From Candidatus Poribacteria bacterium (lineage in GTDB: Bacteria; Poribacteria; WGA-4E; UBA9662): DNA of 27,821 nucleotides. Below are positions 9,743 through 20,413 of this stretch, one piece after another; within the stretch, counting starts at the first letter, position 1, and each line of letters begins with the position of its first letter. Made by a program: the position numbers and the translations under genes. Below the pieces are notes generated by a model. The model saw only the letters and a list, made by a program, of their open reading frames with translations. It had not been told where the DNA came from and did not search any database. The stretch lies in assembly GCA_046582655.1 (NCBI GenBank), contig JAYGDX010000233.1, positions 1 through 27,821 of the forward strand, in the 5' to 3' direction.

Positions 9743-10459
9743 TTAGGTTTTTTTCGTGCCTCTGACGACCATGGCCGCAGTCGCCTACGAATATGACAAA
9801 TCTTCAGTTTGTGCGTCGCAGTAGGTTGGAATCCAGACCCAACGATCTTCGCCAATTCGGTTTGGGTGGCTAGCATGTAAGGTTAGGTCATGAAAGAAGA
9901 CCCCGCTACCAGTAGAGACCTCTGCCGTGACTGCCTTTGATTTGTCCACAGCATCAGGCTGAAGACGATACCCAAATCCGCGTCCATCGTTTGCCTCTCC
10001 ATTGTGTATGATAGCTGATTTGTGACTACCCGGAAAGAGTTTGAGACACCCATTTTCAACCGTTGTATCATCCAGCCAATCCAACTGAGATTTTATGTGA
10101 TCCGTGCCAAAGTGCCAATCCTGATGCCAAGGACTATCGAAATCCATTCGGTGACTTTTGAATACTGCTTTATCACTTAGGAACTCGATATTTGGTGAGA
10201 GAATTACCTGCAGAACATCAAGGATCTTCTTATTTTTTACTGCATCGCGAAAAATCTGGCTCTGGGTCGAGAGACCAACGTATACATCGTGACCAGCAAC
10301 ATTCTCTGGATCTTGTCCATCCTCGGTGGCTTTGCATTTCGCGGCATCTATTAATGTTTGGATCTCAGCCTTGAGTAGTTGAGACTCTTGGTGAGTCAAT
10401 ATGTCGGAAACAATTACAAAACCATTTTCATTAAACGTATTATGAATTTGGGCTGACAT
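9743..10459 (-). pseudogene. Phytanoyl-CoA dioxygenase (PhyH) family Fe(II)/2-oxoglutarate dioxygenase, probably degraded
   Basis: FNENGF, PWHQD, ENGCLKLFPGSHK and FFHDLTLHASHPN motifs. The segment after WHQDWH is frame-scrambled (10072-10115), and TAG at 9785-9787 appears premature, with the frame continuing ATAAMVVRGTKKT* to 9743. Confidence 0.7.
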
Positions 10460-11102
10460 TGTTGGGTCTCTGCACTAAAAAATTTTCAATTTCTTTAACT
10501 AGAATTTCGGTTAGATCATCAATATTATCTTCACCTGAAACAATCAAATCAGCATGTTTTTTACTAGGTTCTACCCATTCAATATGCATTGGACGGGTAG
10601 TTGTTAGATATTGTGTAATCACTGACTCGACGGTCCGATCACGTTTCTTGACGTCGCGGATAAGACGCCGAATAAACCGAATATCGCTTGGAATGTCAAT
10701 GAATACCTTGATATCTAATAGTGGATGTATGGTATCTAGTGCCAGCAACAGAATTCCTTCAACTAGAATAATCTCTTTTGTTGCTATCCTTTTTATCTTG
10801 TCTTGTCGAGTATGCGTGGCAAAATTGTAGCATGGCGCGTCGATAAATCTTGTAGACTTTAATTGATCAATATGTATTCTGATTAGATCTACATCCAGCG
10901 ATTTAGGATGATCAAAATTCACCAATCCGTGATTGTCGTTTTTTTGAAAATTGATATCTTTATAGTACCAATCGAGGCTGACAACAGTTGACCGATTGTT
11001 GCCCAGGCGTTCTTGAACCGCAGAAACCAACGTTGTTTTTCCTGCACCGCTTCCTCCAGAAAAACCGATCAATATTGGTTTAGGTATTGTTGAAATAGAC
11101 AT
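10440..11102 (-). CDS. udk: Uridine kinase
   Basis: P-loop GGSGAGKTT, plus DWYYKD, NFDHP, VEGIL, RFIRRLIRD and PMHIEWVEPSK. Confidence 0.93.
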   Translation of the reverse strand: MSISTIPKPILIGFSGGSGAGKTTLVSAVQERLGNNRSTVVSLDWYYKDINFQKNDNHGLVNFDHPKSLDVDLIRIHIDQLKSTRFIDAPCYNFATHTRQDKIKRIATKEIILVEGILLLALDTIHPLLDIKVFIDIPSDIRFIRRLIRDVKKRDRTVESVITQYLTTTRPMHIEWVEPSKKHADLIVSGEDNIDDLTEILVKEIENFLVQRPNNVSPNS

Positions 11103-11285
11103 TGATGTCTTACTGTCAATATTGCCTGTTGAATTTGATTAACGTTCCGTTTGTAGGCAGTAATACACAAATACACAGTGTTGAGTCTAAGGAGCATATA
11201 ACTATCTGAATCTTCACGTGTATAATCAAGTTCTTGGTCTTTACGTCTGTTTCCCTTTTGCAGTTTAGCCTAACGACAGGTTGGA

Positions 11286-11936
11286 TCAAAATAACGTCAG
11301 TTGTGATGCCAGTGGATTTTCGGTCAATTTTTGTTTTGCCTCAGCAATATCATTGATCAGAATCTGTCGTCCTTGCACAAATTCTTTCTTCTCCATTCGC
11401 AGAACAAAGGCTGGATTGTACGTCGCACTGACGAACGACGCATGTCCTGTGTTGTTGAACCAGGTTCCGCGTTGTTCGATCAGGCGGAAATCTTTGCCCA
11501 TAATTGTTTTGGCAGAGGGAGATCCCATGCACAGGATAACATGGGGCATGATTATGGCAATCTCACCTGACAGCCACTTGGTACAAGCCTTAATCTCTGA
11601 CGCTTTCGGAGGACGATTCTTGAGTTGTCGGCCATTCCATACTGCCGCTCGACACTTGATAATATTAGTTAACCAGATCTCTTCTCGATGCAGCCCATTT
11701 ACAGCTAGGACATCGTCAAGAAGATCTCCAGCGGGACCAGTGAAAGGCGACTGTGTATTCTCGTCCGTAGCGGATGGCCCCTCAGCCACAACCATCAGCT
11801 TAGTATGCGGATCACCATTACCAAAGATCACGTGCTTCCGAGTGAGGGAGAGGCCACAAGACGCGCATACTTTGGCTTCTGATTTAAGTTGATTGATCTT
11901 GGTTTCAACGTCAATAGGAGACTCAATGTTGTTCAT
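11286..11936 (-). CDS. Uracil-DNA glycosylase superfamily, family-4-like [4Fe-4S] protein (divergent motifs)
   Basis: CxxCxL, VIFGNG, AEGP, PFTGPAG.LL, TNIIKCR, NRPP..SEI.AC and ATYNPAFVLR. Confidence 0.85.
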   Translation of the reverse strand: MNNIESPIDVETKINQLKSEAKVCASCGLSLTRKHVIFGNGDPHTKLMVVAEGPSATDENTQSPFTGPAGDLLDDVLAVNGLHREEIWLTNIIKCRAAVWNGRQLKNRPPKASEIKACTKWLSGEIAIIMPHVILCMGSPSAKTIMGKDFRLIEQRGTWFNNTGHASFVSATYNPAFVLRMEKKEFVQGRQILINDIAEAKQKLTENPLASQLTLF

Positions 11937-13024
11937 GGTAGTAGGACACGGTATGCTTCCAAAATTTCTGGATTTAATTCGATGCCCAGTCCCGGACGAT
12001 TATGGCTATAAACGTAGCCATAACGGATTGTTTCATGTGGTAAGATTAGTTCATGTCGCCAGCCAACTTCCCCCCAGCCGTATTCTAAAATTAGAAATTC
12101 TGGATGGGAGAGCATAGTCTCTACCCCAGCGGCAATCGTAACTGGACCTGAAGGCCCATGGGGGGCGGTGGGGATTCCCCACGCTGCAGCCATATCTGCT
12201 ACCTTTTTCAGTTCTCCTATGCCACCAATAATCTTTACATCTGGCATGATGACATGCATGCTATTCTGTTCAAAAACTTCGGTAAATCCCTGTCTAAGTG
12301 ACCTGCCTTCACCACCCGCGATGCATAAACCGCATTTTTCTTTGACTCTCATACAGCTTTCCATGTCAGACTCAGGAACGGGTTGTTCAAACCAAAACAG
12401 ATCTAAATCCCTGAGCACATCTGCCACCTCCAAGGCTCCTTTGACAGAAAACCGGCTATGGCAATCCACTAATAGGTCTGGACCAGGGCCAATAGCATCC
12501 CGTACAGCGTGCATGCAAGCAATACCAAGTTGCGCATCATTCGCTGAATCAATATTTGAATCTAGGCCATCAAAGGGAGCAAGTTTAACAGCATCAAACC
12601 CTTGTTCTACTGCAGCTAATGCATTTTGGGCAAAACCTTCCGGTGTTCGATCTGTTGTAGCCCGATTAATGTTGGCGTAAAGTCGAATCCTTTTTCGACA
12701 TGAACCGCCAAGAAGTACATGAACAGGTACATTGAGTGACTTGCCCAGAATATCCCAAAGCGCTTGATCAATCGCGCTCAGTGCATAAATGTTGGTTTGA
12801 GCAACAGATTTGTACTTAGAGAAGATTGGTTCAATATTCAATGGATCTTCTCCTATTAACTGGGCGCCGAGTTGACGCACGGCAGCAATATCAGCCGTGT
12901 AATTTTTTCCTGCTCGTAGTTCACCTAGTCCCTGTAGGCCTTCATCCGTGAGAACGTGGACAAACACCCAATCACCATGGTGGTTGACATGAACAGCATT
13001 CAATTCTACTCCGGTAATCTTCAT
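11933..13024 (-). CDS. Mandelate racemase/muconate lactonizing enzyme family dehydratase (galactonate dehydratase-like)
   Basis: SAIDQALWDILGKSLNVPVHVLLGG, metal ligands in VDCH / WFEQP / GGE, MPDVK, APH and PGLGIE; ATG at 13024. Confidence 0.88.
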   Translation of the reverse strand: MKITGVELNAVHVNHHGDWVFVHVLTDEGLQGLGELRAGKNYTADIAAVRQLGAQLIGEDPLNIEPIFSKYKSVAQTNIYALSAIDQALWDILGKSLNVPVHVLLGGSCRKRIRLYANINRATTDRTPEGFAQNALAAVEQGFDAVKLAPFDGLDSNIDSANDAQLGIACMHAVRDAIGPGPDLLVDCHSRFSVKGALEVADVLRDLDLFWFEQPVPESDMESCMRVKEKCGLCIAGGEGRSLRQGFTEVFEQNSMHVIMPDVKIIGGIGELKKVADMAAAWGIPTAPHGPSGPVTIAAGVETMLSHPEFLILEYGWGEVGWRHELILPHETIRYGYVYSHNRPGLGIELNPEILEAYRVLLP

Positions 13025-13270
13025 CAAGTATGCTCTTAGTGCTTATTTTTCGATCAATGTTTTATCCCTTCCGGTAGTCGTACCAGACGCTTAGTAATTG
13101 ACATCTGCTTGCAAAATACTAACACTTCCTACTCTCGGCTCCCAAGCAAATTGTGTTGAAAGGTGGTTACTTTTGAGCGATAGCAACACGATGGTATCTA
13201 GGCTACTAAATACCATAAGCTTTTTCTATTTATGCTTTTATTGCTTTTTTGGTAAAATACTTTGATCCTT

Positions 13271-13990
13271 CCTTTTCTTGATGTGTTTGCTGAAAAGTGC
13301 ACAGTTTTCGACTAGGCATATGTTTGTAGCTATCCAATAGTACTGATTCTCGGAGATCCTGTTGCTAGGCAGGTTGGTTGTCGACGTGGTTGGGAACCTC
13401 TGAAGCGGAATGTGCTAGTTATCGCTGATTCACTGGTGAAAGTAGGGGTTACCAGAATCATGATCGCCGATACCCTGCATCATCTGAATAATGGTTTTTT
13501 CTGCCATCGTGGTTTTACTGGTTGGGAATAGATTTGGGGATAGGAGAACGACCAGATTTGCACACGACCGTACGACTGAGGCATTCCGCTAGCCAAATGG
13601 TATCGTCAGTACACACTACCTCACCCGAATCCATCCATTCCCAGAAGATCTAGCCAGTCATTTAAAATGCGGCGCTTCAACAACACAAAGAAGACACGTT
13701 TGTTTCAAAGACGATGCGTAGCACCTGTCAATAGCTAGAAAAAAATTATCAACAAGCACCTTTTTTATCTGATGGTTGATACTTTTGATCCACACGAACC
13801 GTGAGATCCTCCAGAGTAGTATGTTCGCCACTTTGATCCAGAAGATTATGATGAGAACCAATCTACCCACTTTATAGTCCAAACCGAATGAACCAGCGCA
13901 CGATGCAATGATTCGATACACTCTATTGTGCTGAGGCCAGTCTAGTCGGCGCCTGGGTTGGTCATTTGCTAAAACTAGCGGGAATTAGAG
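13271..13990 (+). pseudogene. Heavily decayed sulfatase-like (alkaline phosphatase superfamily) gene
   Basis: Manual translation across stops and frameshifts gives PFLDVFAEKCTVFD*AYVCSYP, RGWEPL, MIADTLHHL..G...HRGFTGWE*IWG*END, EDTFVSKTMRSTCQ*LEKN, VDTFDPHEP*DPPE*YV..FDP and TLYCAEASLVGAWVGHLL. Not in the ORF track. Confidence 0.8.
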
Positions 13991-13991
13991 A

Positions 13992-14819
13992 TTAGTTATT
14001 AGTCATTTCTTGCAGCAACACCTCTAACTCATCAAGAAATTCGTCGCCCTCGCCACTATACCTAATTTCATTCTCCTCAGGATCGTCTTCCTCAGGATTT
14101 TCGTCATCTTCAAGCTCTGATTGATTTGTAATCGAGTTAAGATCGGTTCGAAATTCGATAAGATTCTGTAAATACCGTTCGCGAGTGAGATTTTCGGCTT
14201 CGTCATGCCCTTCACGAAGACATTCAGCGCAAAATTTGCCGATTTTTTGAATACCCTTGTCTATTTCTTGCCGTGCGGTTTCATGTTCGTTGATTTGTAG
14301 AGCGAGTTCAGCCCGAGCAATACTATTCATCATCAGAATATAGCCTTTATACTGATAAGTTTGCCATGTTATTTCTGATGGAGCATATTTGTAGGCCATA
14401 TCAGCAACTCCCAGATTCTGATCCGTATCTTGCTTAACTTCAACCCAACGTTTGATGCCCGCAAAAAGAAGATAGCGGATATAACGATCATAAGATTCAT
14501 CAAACAGTGTTTGCCATTCTTCTGTTTCCATACTGAATCCTTCATCACTCCCATGTTGCCTCTTATATGCGTCAAGTTTTTCACAAAAATATGAGTGATA
14601 GGATTCAAAGCCTTGAGGTCTCCGACCGTCAGGTCTGCCGGTGGCGTATATTCGGGATATAGTAAAAGCATTAGGCTGAATGGTGATAACCTCCCGATCA
14701 TCGTAAGTGCGTAAAACCCGAACTTGCTGATTAACATCAAAGCCGAGTTCCTCCAATACGTCATCAAGGGTTTCTATAATCTGCGAGTCTATTTCTTCTT
14801 CAATTTGATTGTTTGACAT
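13992..14819 (-). CDS. Conserved hypothetical protein (resembles PVC-type 'UvrB/UvrC motif-containing' proteins but ends in an acidic tail)
   Basis: GRPDGRRPQGFES, DTDQNL and QYKGYILMMN motifs; GGAG SD; starts 14 nt after the carB stop. Confidence 0.6.
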   Translation of the reverse strand: MSNNQIEEEIDSQIIETLDDVLEELGFDVNQQVRVLRTYDDREVITIQPNAFTISRIYATGRPDGRRPQGFESYHSYFCEKLDAYKRQHGSDEGFSMETEEWQTLFDESYDRYIRYLLFAGIKRWVEVKQDTDQNLGVADMAYKYAPSEITWQTYQYKGYILMMNSIARAELALQINEHETARQEIDKGIQKIGKFCAECLREGHDEAENLTRERYLQNLIEFRTDLNSITNQSELEDDENPEEDDPEENEIRYSGEGDEFLDELEVLLQEMTNN

Positions 14820-14833
14820 TTTTCCTCCAAATT

Positions 14834-17800
14834 TTAGTAGTAATCTTGCAACGCTGTAACAGAGATTTTCTGATACCTGAGCGCAGCGATCGCATTCACC
14901 GCAGCTGAAGCTCCTGGAATTGTTGAAAATATTGGAATATTGTAATCAATAGCCATTTGTCGGATTAACTGCTCATTAGGTCGGTTTATGTAGCCAGTTG
15001 GCGTATTAATAATTAGATCAATTGCGTTGTTCTTAACATAATCATGAATTGTAGGGCGCCCTTTTCCAATGCTATAAACCAGTTCAGCTTCCATGCCATT
15101 GCGGCGAAGCACTTTTGCCGTACCATGGGTAGCTATCATGTGAAAACCTATTTCGTATAACTTTCTGGCAATAAAGATTACTGACCGCTTATCACGGTTT
15201 CTGACACTTATAAATACTCTTCCTTCTAAAGGCAGGTCAGCACCACAAGCCTTTTGCGCTTTTGCTACAGCATGATCTAGATTGTAATCAATTCCCATCA
15301 CTTCCCCGGTTGATTTCATCTCAGGACCAAGCTCGGAATTTGTACCAGGGAATCGATCAAAAGGAAAAACAGGTGCCTTCACACTGAAGTAATCTGGCTC
15401 AATCTCCTGTGTAAAACCAATTTCTTTTAAGGTTTTTCCTGCCATAACTTTAGCCGCGATTTTTGCTAATGGAACACCGATTGCTTTACTAACGAATGGT
15501 ATAGTACGAGAAGCCCTGGGGTTGACTTCAAGAACAAATATATTATCGTTCTTTATCGCAAACTGAACGTTCATTAATCCTTTGACATTGAGTTCTTCCG
15601 CTAAGTTATAGCTGTATCGCTTCAGTTGGTTTATTTGCTCTTCAACAAGTGTATAAGGAGGTAACACGCAATCACTATCTCCAGAATGTATGCCAGCTTC
15701 CTCAATATGCTCCATAATACCACCAATCAAGGTTAGTTTTCCATCAGAGATTACATCAACGTCGACCTCAATAGCATCTTCTAGGTACTTATCTATAAGG
15801 ACTGGGTAGTCGGGTGACGCTTCTACAGCTGACTTAATATAGTTTTCAAGCATATGTTGTTCATAAACAATTTTCATAGCTCGACCACCTAGTACGAAAG
15901 AGGGGCGGACCAACACTGGGTAGCCAATACTATTGGCAATTGGAACTGCTTCTTCAATAGATGTTGCGGTTCCACTTGGAGGCTGAGAAGCACCAATTTT
16001 GTCAATCATTTCTTTAAAAAGTTTTCGATTTTCTGCCCTCTCTATGTCTTGGGGATCGGTACCAATAATCGTTACGCCAGCCTCTTTTAACTGCATGGCG
16101 AGGTTGAGTGGCGTTTGTCCACCGAATTGAACGATAGCTCCTTCAATATTTTCCCTGTCAACAATATTCATTACATCTTCAAACGTGAGAGGTTCGAAAT
16201 AGAGCCGGTCAGACGTATCATAGTCAGTGCTTACAGTCTCGGGGTTGCTATTGACCATGATCGTCTCATATCCGTCTTCTTTGAGAGCAAGAGCTGCGTG
16301 AACACAGCAGTAATCAAACTCAATTCCCTGCCCAATCCGGTTCGGTCCTGAGCCCAGAATCATGATCTTTTTCTTGTTGCTCGATTGTACCTCATCCTCA
16401 AGGCCATAGGTCGAATAGTAATAGGGTGTTTCAGCTTCAAATTCGGCTGCGCAAGTGTCCACTGTTTTAAAAGTTACCTCAATACCTAGTTCTTTGCGCA
16501 TTCCACGCACTTCTGTTTCGCTCATATCCCATATTTCGCCAATGTGCTTGTCCGAAAATCCAAGTTGCTTTGCCTTATGCAGCAGTACTGGATCTTTTCC
16601 TTCTGTAAGCACATTTTCAAAATCAACAATCTCCTTAACATTGTATAGAAAAAATGGATCTATTTTTGTATAGTCATATATTTGATCAATTGACATCTCA
16701 AGTTGTAACGCCCGTTTAATATAGAAAAGACGTTCAGTATTAGGAATTGTCAACTTACTTGGAAGTTCCGAAAGGGACAAATTTTCAAGCGGATGGTTAT
16801 CAAGTCCAGACCACCCTGTCTCCAGCGAGCGTAATCCTTTCTGCAAAGCTTCTTTAAATGTTTGACCTATTGACATTGCTTCACCAACGGATTTCATTCT
16901 TGTTGTCAGCGTTAGATCTGTGCCGGGGAACTTTTCAAATGCCCATCGAGGAATTTTTACTACAACATAATCAATTGTTGGTTCGAACGAAGCTGGTGTT
17001 TTCTTGGTAATGTCGTTTGGAATTTCGTCTAGTGTGTACCCTACTGCCAGTTTAGCAGCAATCTTTGCTATCGGAAATCCTGTTGCTTTCGAGGCGAGGG
17101 CTGAACTACGAGAGACACGTGGGTTCATCTCTATAACAATCTGTCTGCCATTCTCTGGATTTACCGCAAATTGTATATTGGAACCACCAGTCTCGACCCC
17201 GATCTCGCGAATGATCTTAATGGCAGAATCCCGCATCTTCTGGTATTCTTTGTCACTTAGAGTTTGGGCTGGTGCGATGGTAATGCTGTCACCAGTATGT
17301 ACACCCATTGGATCAAAGTTCTCAATAGAACAGATAATCACCACATTATCTGCTATATCACGCATAACTTCCAGTTCAAACTCCTTCCAACCAATTACCG
17401 ATTCCTCGATCAATACTTCATTTATCGGGCTTATTGAGACTCCGTGGGCAACCATTTCTCGATATTCTTCAACGTTATATGAAATACCTCCGCCTGCTCC
17501 GCCGAGGGTAAATGCTGGCCTGATAATTGCTGGGTAACCTATATCACCGATAATATCCATTGCTTCTTCAGCCGAATGTGCAATCCCACTTTGCGGTATG
17601 TCAAGTCCTATATCCAGCATCGCTTTTTTAAATGATGCTCGGTTTTCTGCTTTTTTAATAGCGTGTAGTTTAGCACCGATCAGTTCAACGTTATATTGAT
17701 CTAAAACTCCATTTTCAGCAAGCTCAACAGAGACATTCAAACCAGTTTGACCACCGAGTGTGGGAAGTAAGGCTTGCGGTCGTTCTTTGGCAATAATCGA

Positions 17801-18025
17801 TTCGATCACATCGGCTGTAATCGGTTCAATATAGGTTCGATTGGCAACTTCAGGATCGGTCATAATTGTCGCTGGATTGCTGTTGACAAGAATAATTTTA
17901 TAACCTTCTTCTATTAAGACTTTGCATGCCTGAGTACCAGAGTAATCAAATTCGCAGGCTTGACCTATAATAATCGGGCCGGATCCAATAATCAGAATCC
18001 TTTGTATATCAGTTCTTTTTGGCAT
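14834..18025 (-). CDS. carB: Carbamoyl-phosphate synthase large subunit
   Basis: [49 protein letters not shown] and a C-terminal MGS domain; 1063 aa. Confidence 0.99.
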   Translation of the reverse strand: MPKRTDIQRILIIGSGPIIIGQACEFDYSGTQACKVLIEEGYKIILVNSNPATIMTDPEVANRTYIEPITADVIESIIAKERPQALLPTLGGQTGLNVSVELAENGVLDQYNVELIGAKLHAIKKAENRASFKKAMLDIGLDIPQSGIAHSAEEAMDIIGDIGYPAIIRPAFTLGGAGGGISYNVEEYREMVAHGVSISPINEVLIEESVIGWKEFELEVMRDIADNVVIICSIENFDPMGVHTGDSITIAPAQTLSDKEYQKMRDSAIKIIREIGVETGGSNIQFAVNPENGRQIVIEMNPRVSRSSALASKATGFPIAKIAAKLAVGYTLDEIPNDITKKTPASFEPTIDYVVVKIPRWAFEKFPGTDLTLTTRMKSVGEAMSIGQTFKEALQKGLRSLETGWSGLDNHPLENLSLSELPSKLTIPNTERLFYIKRALQLEMSIDQIYDYTKIDPFFLYNVKEIVDFENVLTEGKDPVLLHKAKQLGFSDKHIGEIWDMSETEVRGMRKELGIEVTFKTVDTCAAEFEAETPYYYSTYGLEDEVQSSNKKKIMILGSGPNRIGQGIEFDYCCVHAALALKEDGYETIMVNSNPETVSTDYDTSDRLYFEPLTFEDVMNIVDRENIEGAIVQFGGQTPLNLAMQLKEAGVTIIGTDPQDIERAENRKLFKEMIDKIGASQPPSGTATSIEEAVPIANSIGYPVLVRPSFVLGGRAMKIVYEQHMLENYIKSAVEASPDYPVLIDKYLEDAIEVDVDVISDGKLTLIGGIMEHIEEAGIHSGDSDCVLPPYTLVEEQINQLKRYSYNLAEELNVKGLMNVQFAIKNDNIFVLEVNPRASRTIPFVSKAIGVPLAKIAAKVMAGKTLKEIGFTQEIEPDYFSVKAPVFPFDRFPGTNSELGPEMKSTGEVMGIDYNLDHAVAKAQKACGADLPLEGRVFISVRNRDKRSVIFIARKLYEIGFHMIATHGTAKVLRRNGMEAELVYSIGKGRPTIHDYVKNNAIDLIINTPTGYINRPNEQLIRQMAIDYNIPIFSTIPGASAAVNAIAALRYQKISVTALQDYY

Positions 18026-18027
18026 AG

Positions 18028-19122
18028 TTAGTTATCTAGTTCATCATCCTCGGACATTAAATCGCTGAATTTTTGGAATAGGTAGCTTGCATCATGCGGT
18101 CCAGGGGAGGCTTCAGGATGATATTGGACAGAAAAAGTTGGACTATCGGTAAGCTCAATACCTTCAAGTGTCTGATCGTTGAGGTTAATGTGCGTGATCG
18201 TGGCTGAATTTGGCAGCGAATCAATATCCACACAAAAACCGTGGTTCTGTGAAGTAATTTCAATCTGTTTCGTGTCAAGGTGCTGCACTGGGTGGTTGCT
18301 CCCACGATGTCCAAATTTAAGTTTAAAAGTTTTGGCACCGATGGCTAGACTCATTAGTTGATGACCAAGACATATACCAAAAATCGGCTTTTTACCGATT
18401 AGACCACGGATCGTTTGCACACCATAATCAATAGCATCTGGGTCGCCGGGCCCGTTTGATAAAAAAATCCCGTCCGGATCATTAGCAAGGATTTCATCAG
18501 CCGACGTTTTTGCTGGAACAACCAGTAATTCACAATGATGCTTTTGTAACATTCGCAAAATATTATGTTTTATGCCGAAATCAATCGCGACCACTCGATG
18601 TTTCTTTTGGGCGGGTTCCTCCCATTGGTAGGTGCTGGTGCACGTAACTTTTTTAACTAGATCCCTTCCTCCCATGCCTCCGAAATTTCGAGCTTTTCTA
18701 ACCAATGGTTCAGGCCTTAAGTTGTCTGTTGAGATAGTTCCTTCCATAACACCATTAATACGGAGTCGTTTGGTAAGCGCACGTGTATCAATCCCCTGAA
18801 TCCCTACAATACCATGCATTGTCAGGTAGTCACCCAAACTTCCTTCAGATCTCCAGTTGCTGTGATAGTTACTGTATTCTCGAACTATAAATCCCTCCAC
18901 CTGTGGTTTCACAGATTCAGTATCAAATTTATTCCACCCATAATTTCCAATCAGCGGATAGGTCATCGTAACAATCTGACCGTTATAGGAAGGATCCGTA
19001 AGAATTTCTTGATAGCCTGTCATACTGGTATTAAATACAATCTCTCCCACTGTTTCACCGGGCGCGCCAAAACTTTCGCCTTCAAATATGGTCCCATCGG
19101 CAAGTGCCAGAATTGCTTTCAT
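18028..19122 (-). CDS. carA: Carbamoyl-phosphate synthase small subunit
   Basis: [31 protein letters not shown] and [12 protein letters not shown]. Confidence 0.99.
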   Translation of the reverse strand: MKAILALADGTIFEGESFGAPGETVGEIVFNTSMTGYQEILTDPSYNGQIVTMTYPLIGNYGWNKFDTESVKPQVEGFIVREYSNYHSNWRSEGSLGDYLTMHGIVGIQGIDTRALTKRLRINGVMEGTISTDNLRPEPLVRKARNFGGMGGRDLVKKVTCTSTYQWEEPAQKKHRVVAIDFGIKHNILRMLQKHHCELLVVPAKTSADEILANDPDGIFLSNGPGDPDAIDYGVQTIRGLIGKKPIFGICLGHQLMSLAIGAKTFKLKFGHRGSNHPVQHLDTKQIEITSQNHGFCVDIDSLPNSATITHINLNDQTLEGIELTDSPTFSVQYHPEASPGPHDASYLFQKFSDLMSEDDELDN

Positions 19123-20411
19123 CTGTTACTCTCAATCTTTGACATCATAATTTTTCCATCACGAATTGTCATCACCGGCCACCCTTTCAATTTCCAACCG
19201 TCGAAAGGTGTATTTCTACTCTTAGATTCAAATTGTGCCGAATCAACTACCTGTAGCTTTTTCGGATCAATTAGAGTTACGTCTGCTACAGCACCAACTG
19301 AAAGCGTGCCCCGATCAATACCTAGAATCTCCGATGGAATGTGTGTCATTTTTGCTATGGCATCATTTAATTTCAATTTTCCAGTATCCACCAATTGTGT
19401 TAAAACGAGCGGAACACTGGTTTCCAGACCGATAATACCGGCTGGTGCTTCTTTCATACCTCGATTTTTTTCAAATGGGGCATGGGGGGCGTGATCTGTG
19501 ACAATCGTATCAATTATTCCTTCAGCTAAACCTTGTATGATAGCTTTAACATCCTTCTGGGTTCGCAACGGCGGGTGAATTTTTGCCTTTGCACCATGAT
19601 TTACAACTTCAGTGTCAGTAATTGTAAAGTGATGCGGGCACGACTCAGCAGTTACACGGATCCTCCGTTGTTTTGCCCAACGTATCAAATCGACACCACC
19701 TTCAGTGCTAACGTGGGCAATATGTATGTGTCCACCTGTTTGTTCCGCCAGTAGTAAATCACGTGCAATGATGATCTCTTCCGCTGCATTTGGTTGTCCC
19801 GGTAATCCGAGTTCCTGCGAAATCTTGCCAAGGTTCATTACCGTGCCCTGTGTCAGGTTGTGTTCCTCGCAATGGTCAATTACCGGAAAGTTCATCTCAG
19901 CACTTAACACCAGCACGTTCCACATAATGGACGCATCCATCACAGTTTTCCCATCATCTGATAAGGCCACAGCCCCAGCTTCGATTAGCGATCGCCAATC
20001 TGTTATCAATTGCCCATCAAGGTTTTTGGTGATAGACCCAATGGGGAAAACATTCGCCGATCCGTATTCCTCTGCCTGTAAACGAATAAATTCAACCACA
20101 TCGAGTGAGTCTATGGTTGGTTGTGTATTGGCCATGCAGGCTACGGTTGTAACCCCTCCAGCTACAGCAGATCTCGTTCCAGTCGCAATTGTTTCTTTAT
20201 ATTCAAACCCTGGTTCCCGTAGGTGTACATGCATATCCACTAAACCGGGTGCCACGATCAGGTCTTTGGCTTCAATAACCCGATCAACTGAAACACTTAG
20301 ATCTACACCTATTCGGCTGATATTTTTGCCATCTATATATAGATCGCAAATTTGATCTATCGAATTCTTGGGATCAAGTACACGGCCATTTTTAATCAGG
20401 ATTCGTTCCAT
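19119..20411 (-). CDS. pyrC: Dihydroorotase (long, type I)
   Basis: DMHVHLREPG, MANT, SDDG, HCE, HIAHVS, PPLR, TDHAPH and SKSRNTPF; ATG at 20411, 2 nt after the pyrR stop. Confidence 0.96.
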   Translation of the reverse strand: MERILIKNGRVLDPKNSIDQICDLYIDGKNISRIGVDLSVSVDRVIEAKDLIVAPGLVDMHVHLREPGFEYKETIATGTRSAVAGGVTTVACMANTQPTIDSLDVVEFIRLQAEEYGSANVFPIGSITKNLDGQLITDWRSLIEAGAVALSDDGKTVMDASIMWNVLVLSAEMNFPVIDHCEEHNLTQGTVMNLGKISQELGLPGQPNAAEEIIIARDLLLAEQTGGHIHIAHVSTEGGVDLIRWAKQRRIRVTAESCPHHFTITDTEVVNHGAKAKIHPPLRTQKDVKAIIQGLAEGIIDTIVTDHAPHAPFEKNRGMKEAPAGIIGLETSVPLVLTQLVDTGKLKLNDAIAKMTHIPSEILGIDRGTLSVGAVADVTLIDPKKLQVVDSAQFESKSRNTPFDGWKLKGWPVMTIRDGKIMMSKIESNR

Positions 20412-20413
20412 AA

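Noticed and set aside
9679..9876. 66-aa N-terminal extension of the membrane protein
   Set aside because: It overlaps the 3' end of the PhyH gene in another frame; family-like sequence starts only after Met at 9678.
11121..11161. Imperfect inverted repeat upstream of udk as a regulatory RNA
   Set aside because: Short imperfect stem with a long loop, no PyrR consensus and no U-tract.
12168..20355. Long antisense ORFs (12168-12680, 17004-17537, 18814-19494, 19705-20355 and similar)
   Set aside because: Shadow frames opposite well-supported conserved genes, with no independent motifs.
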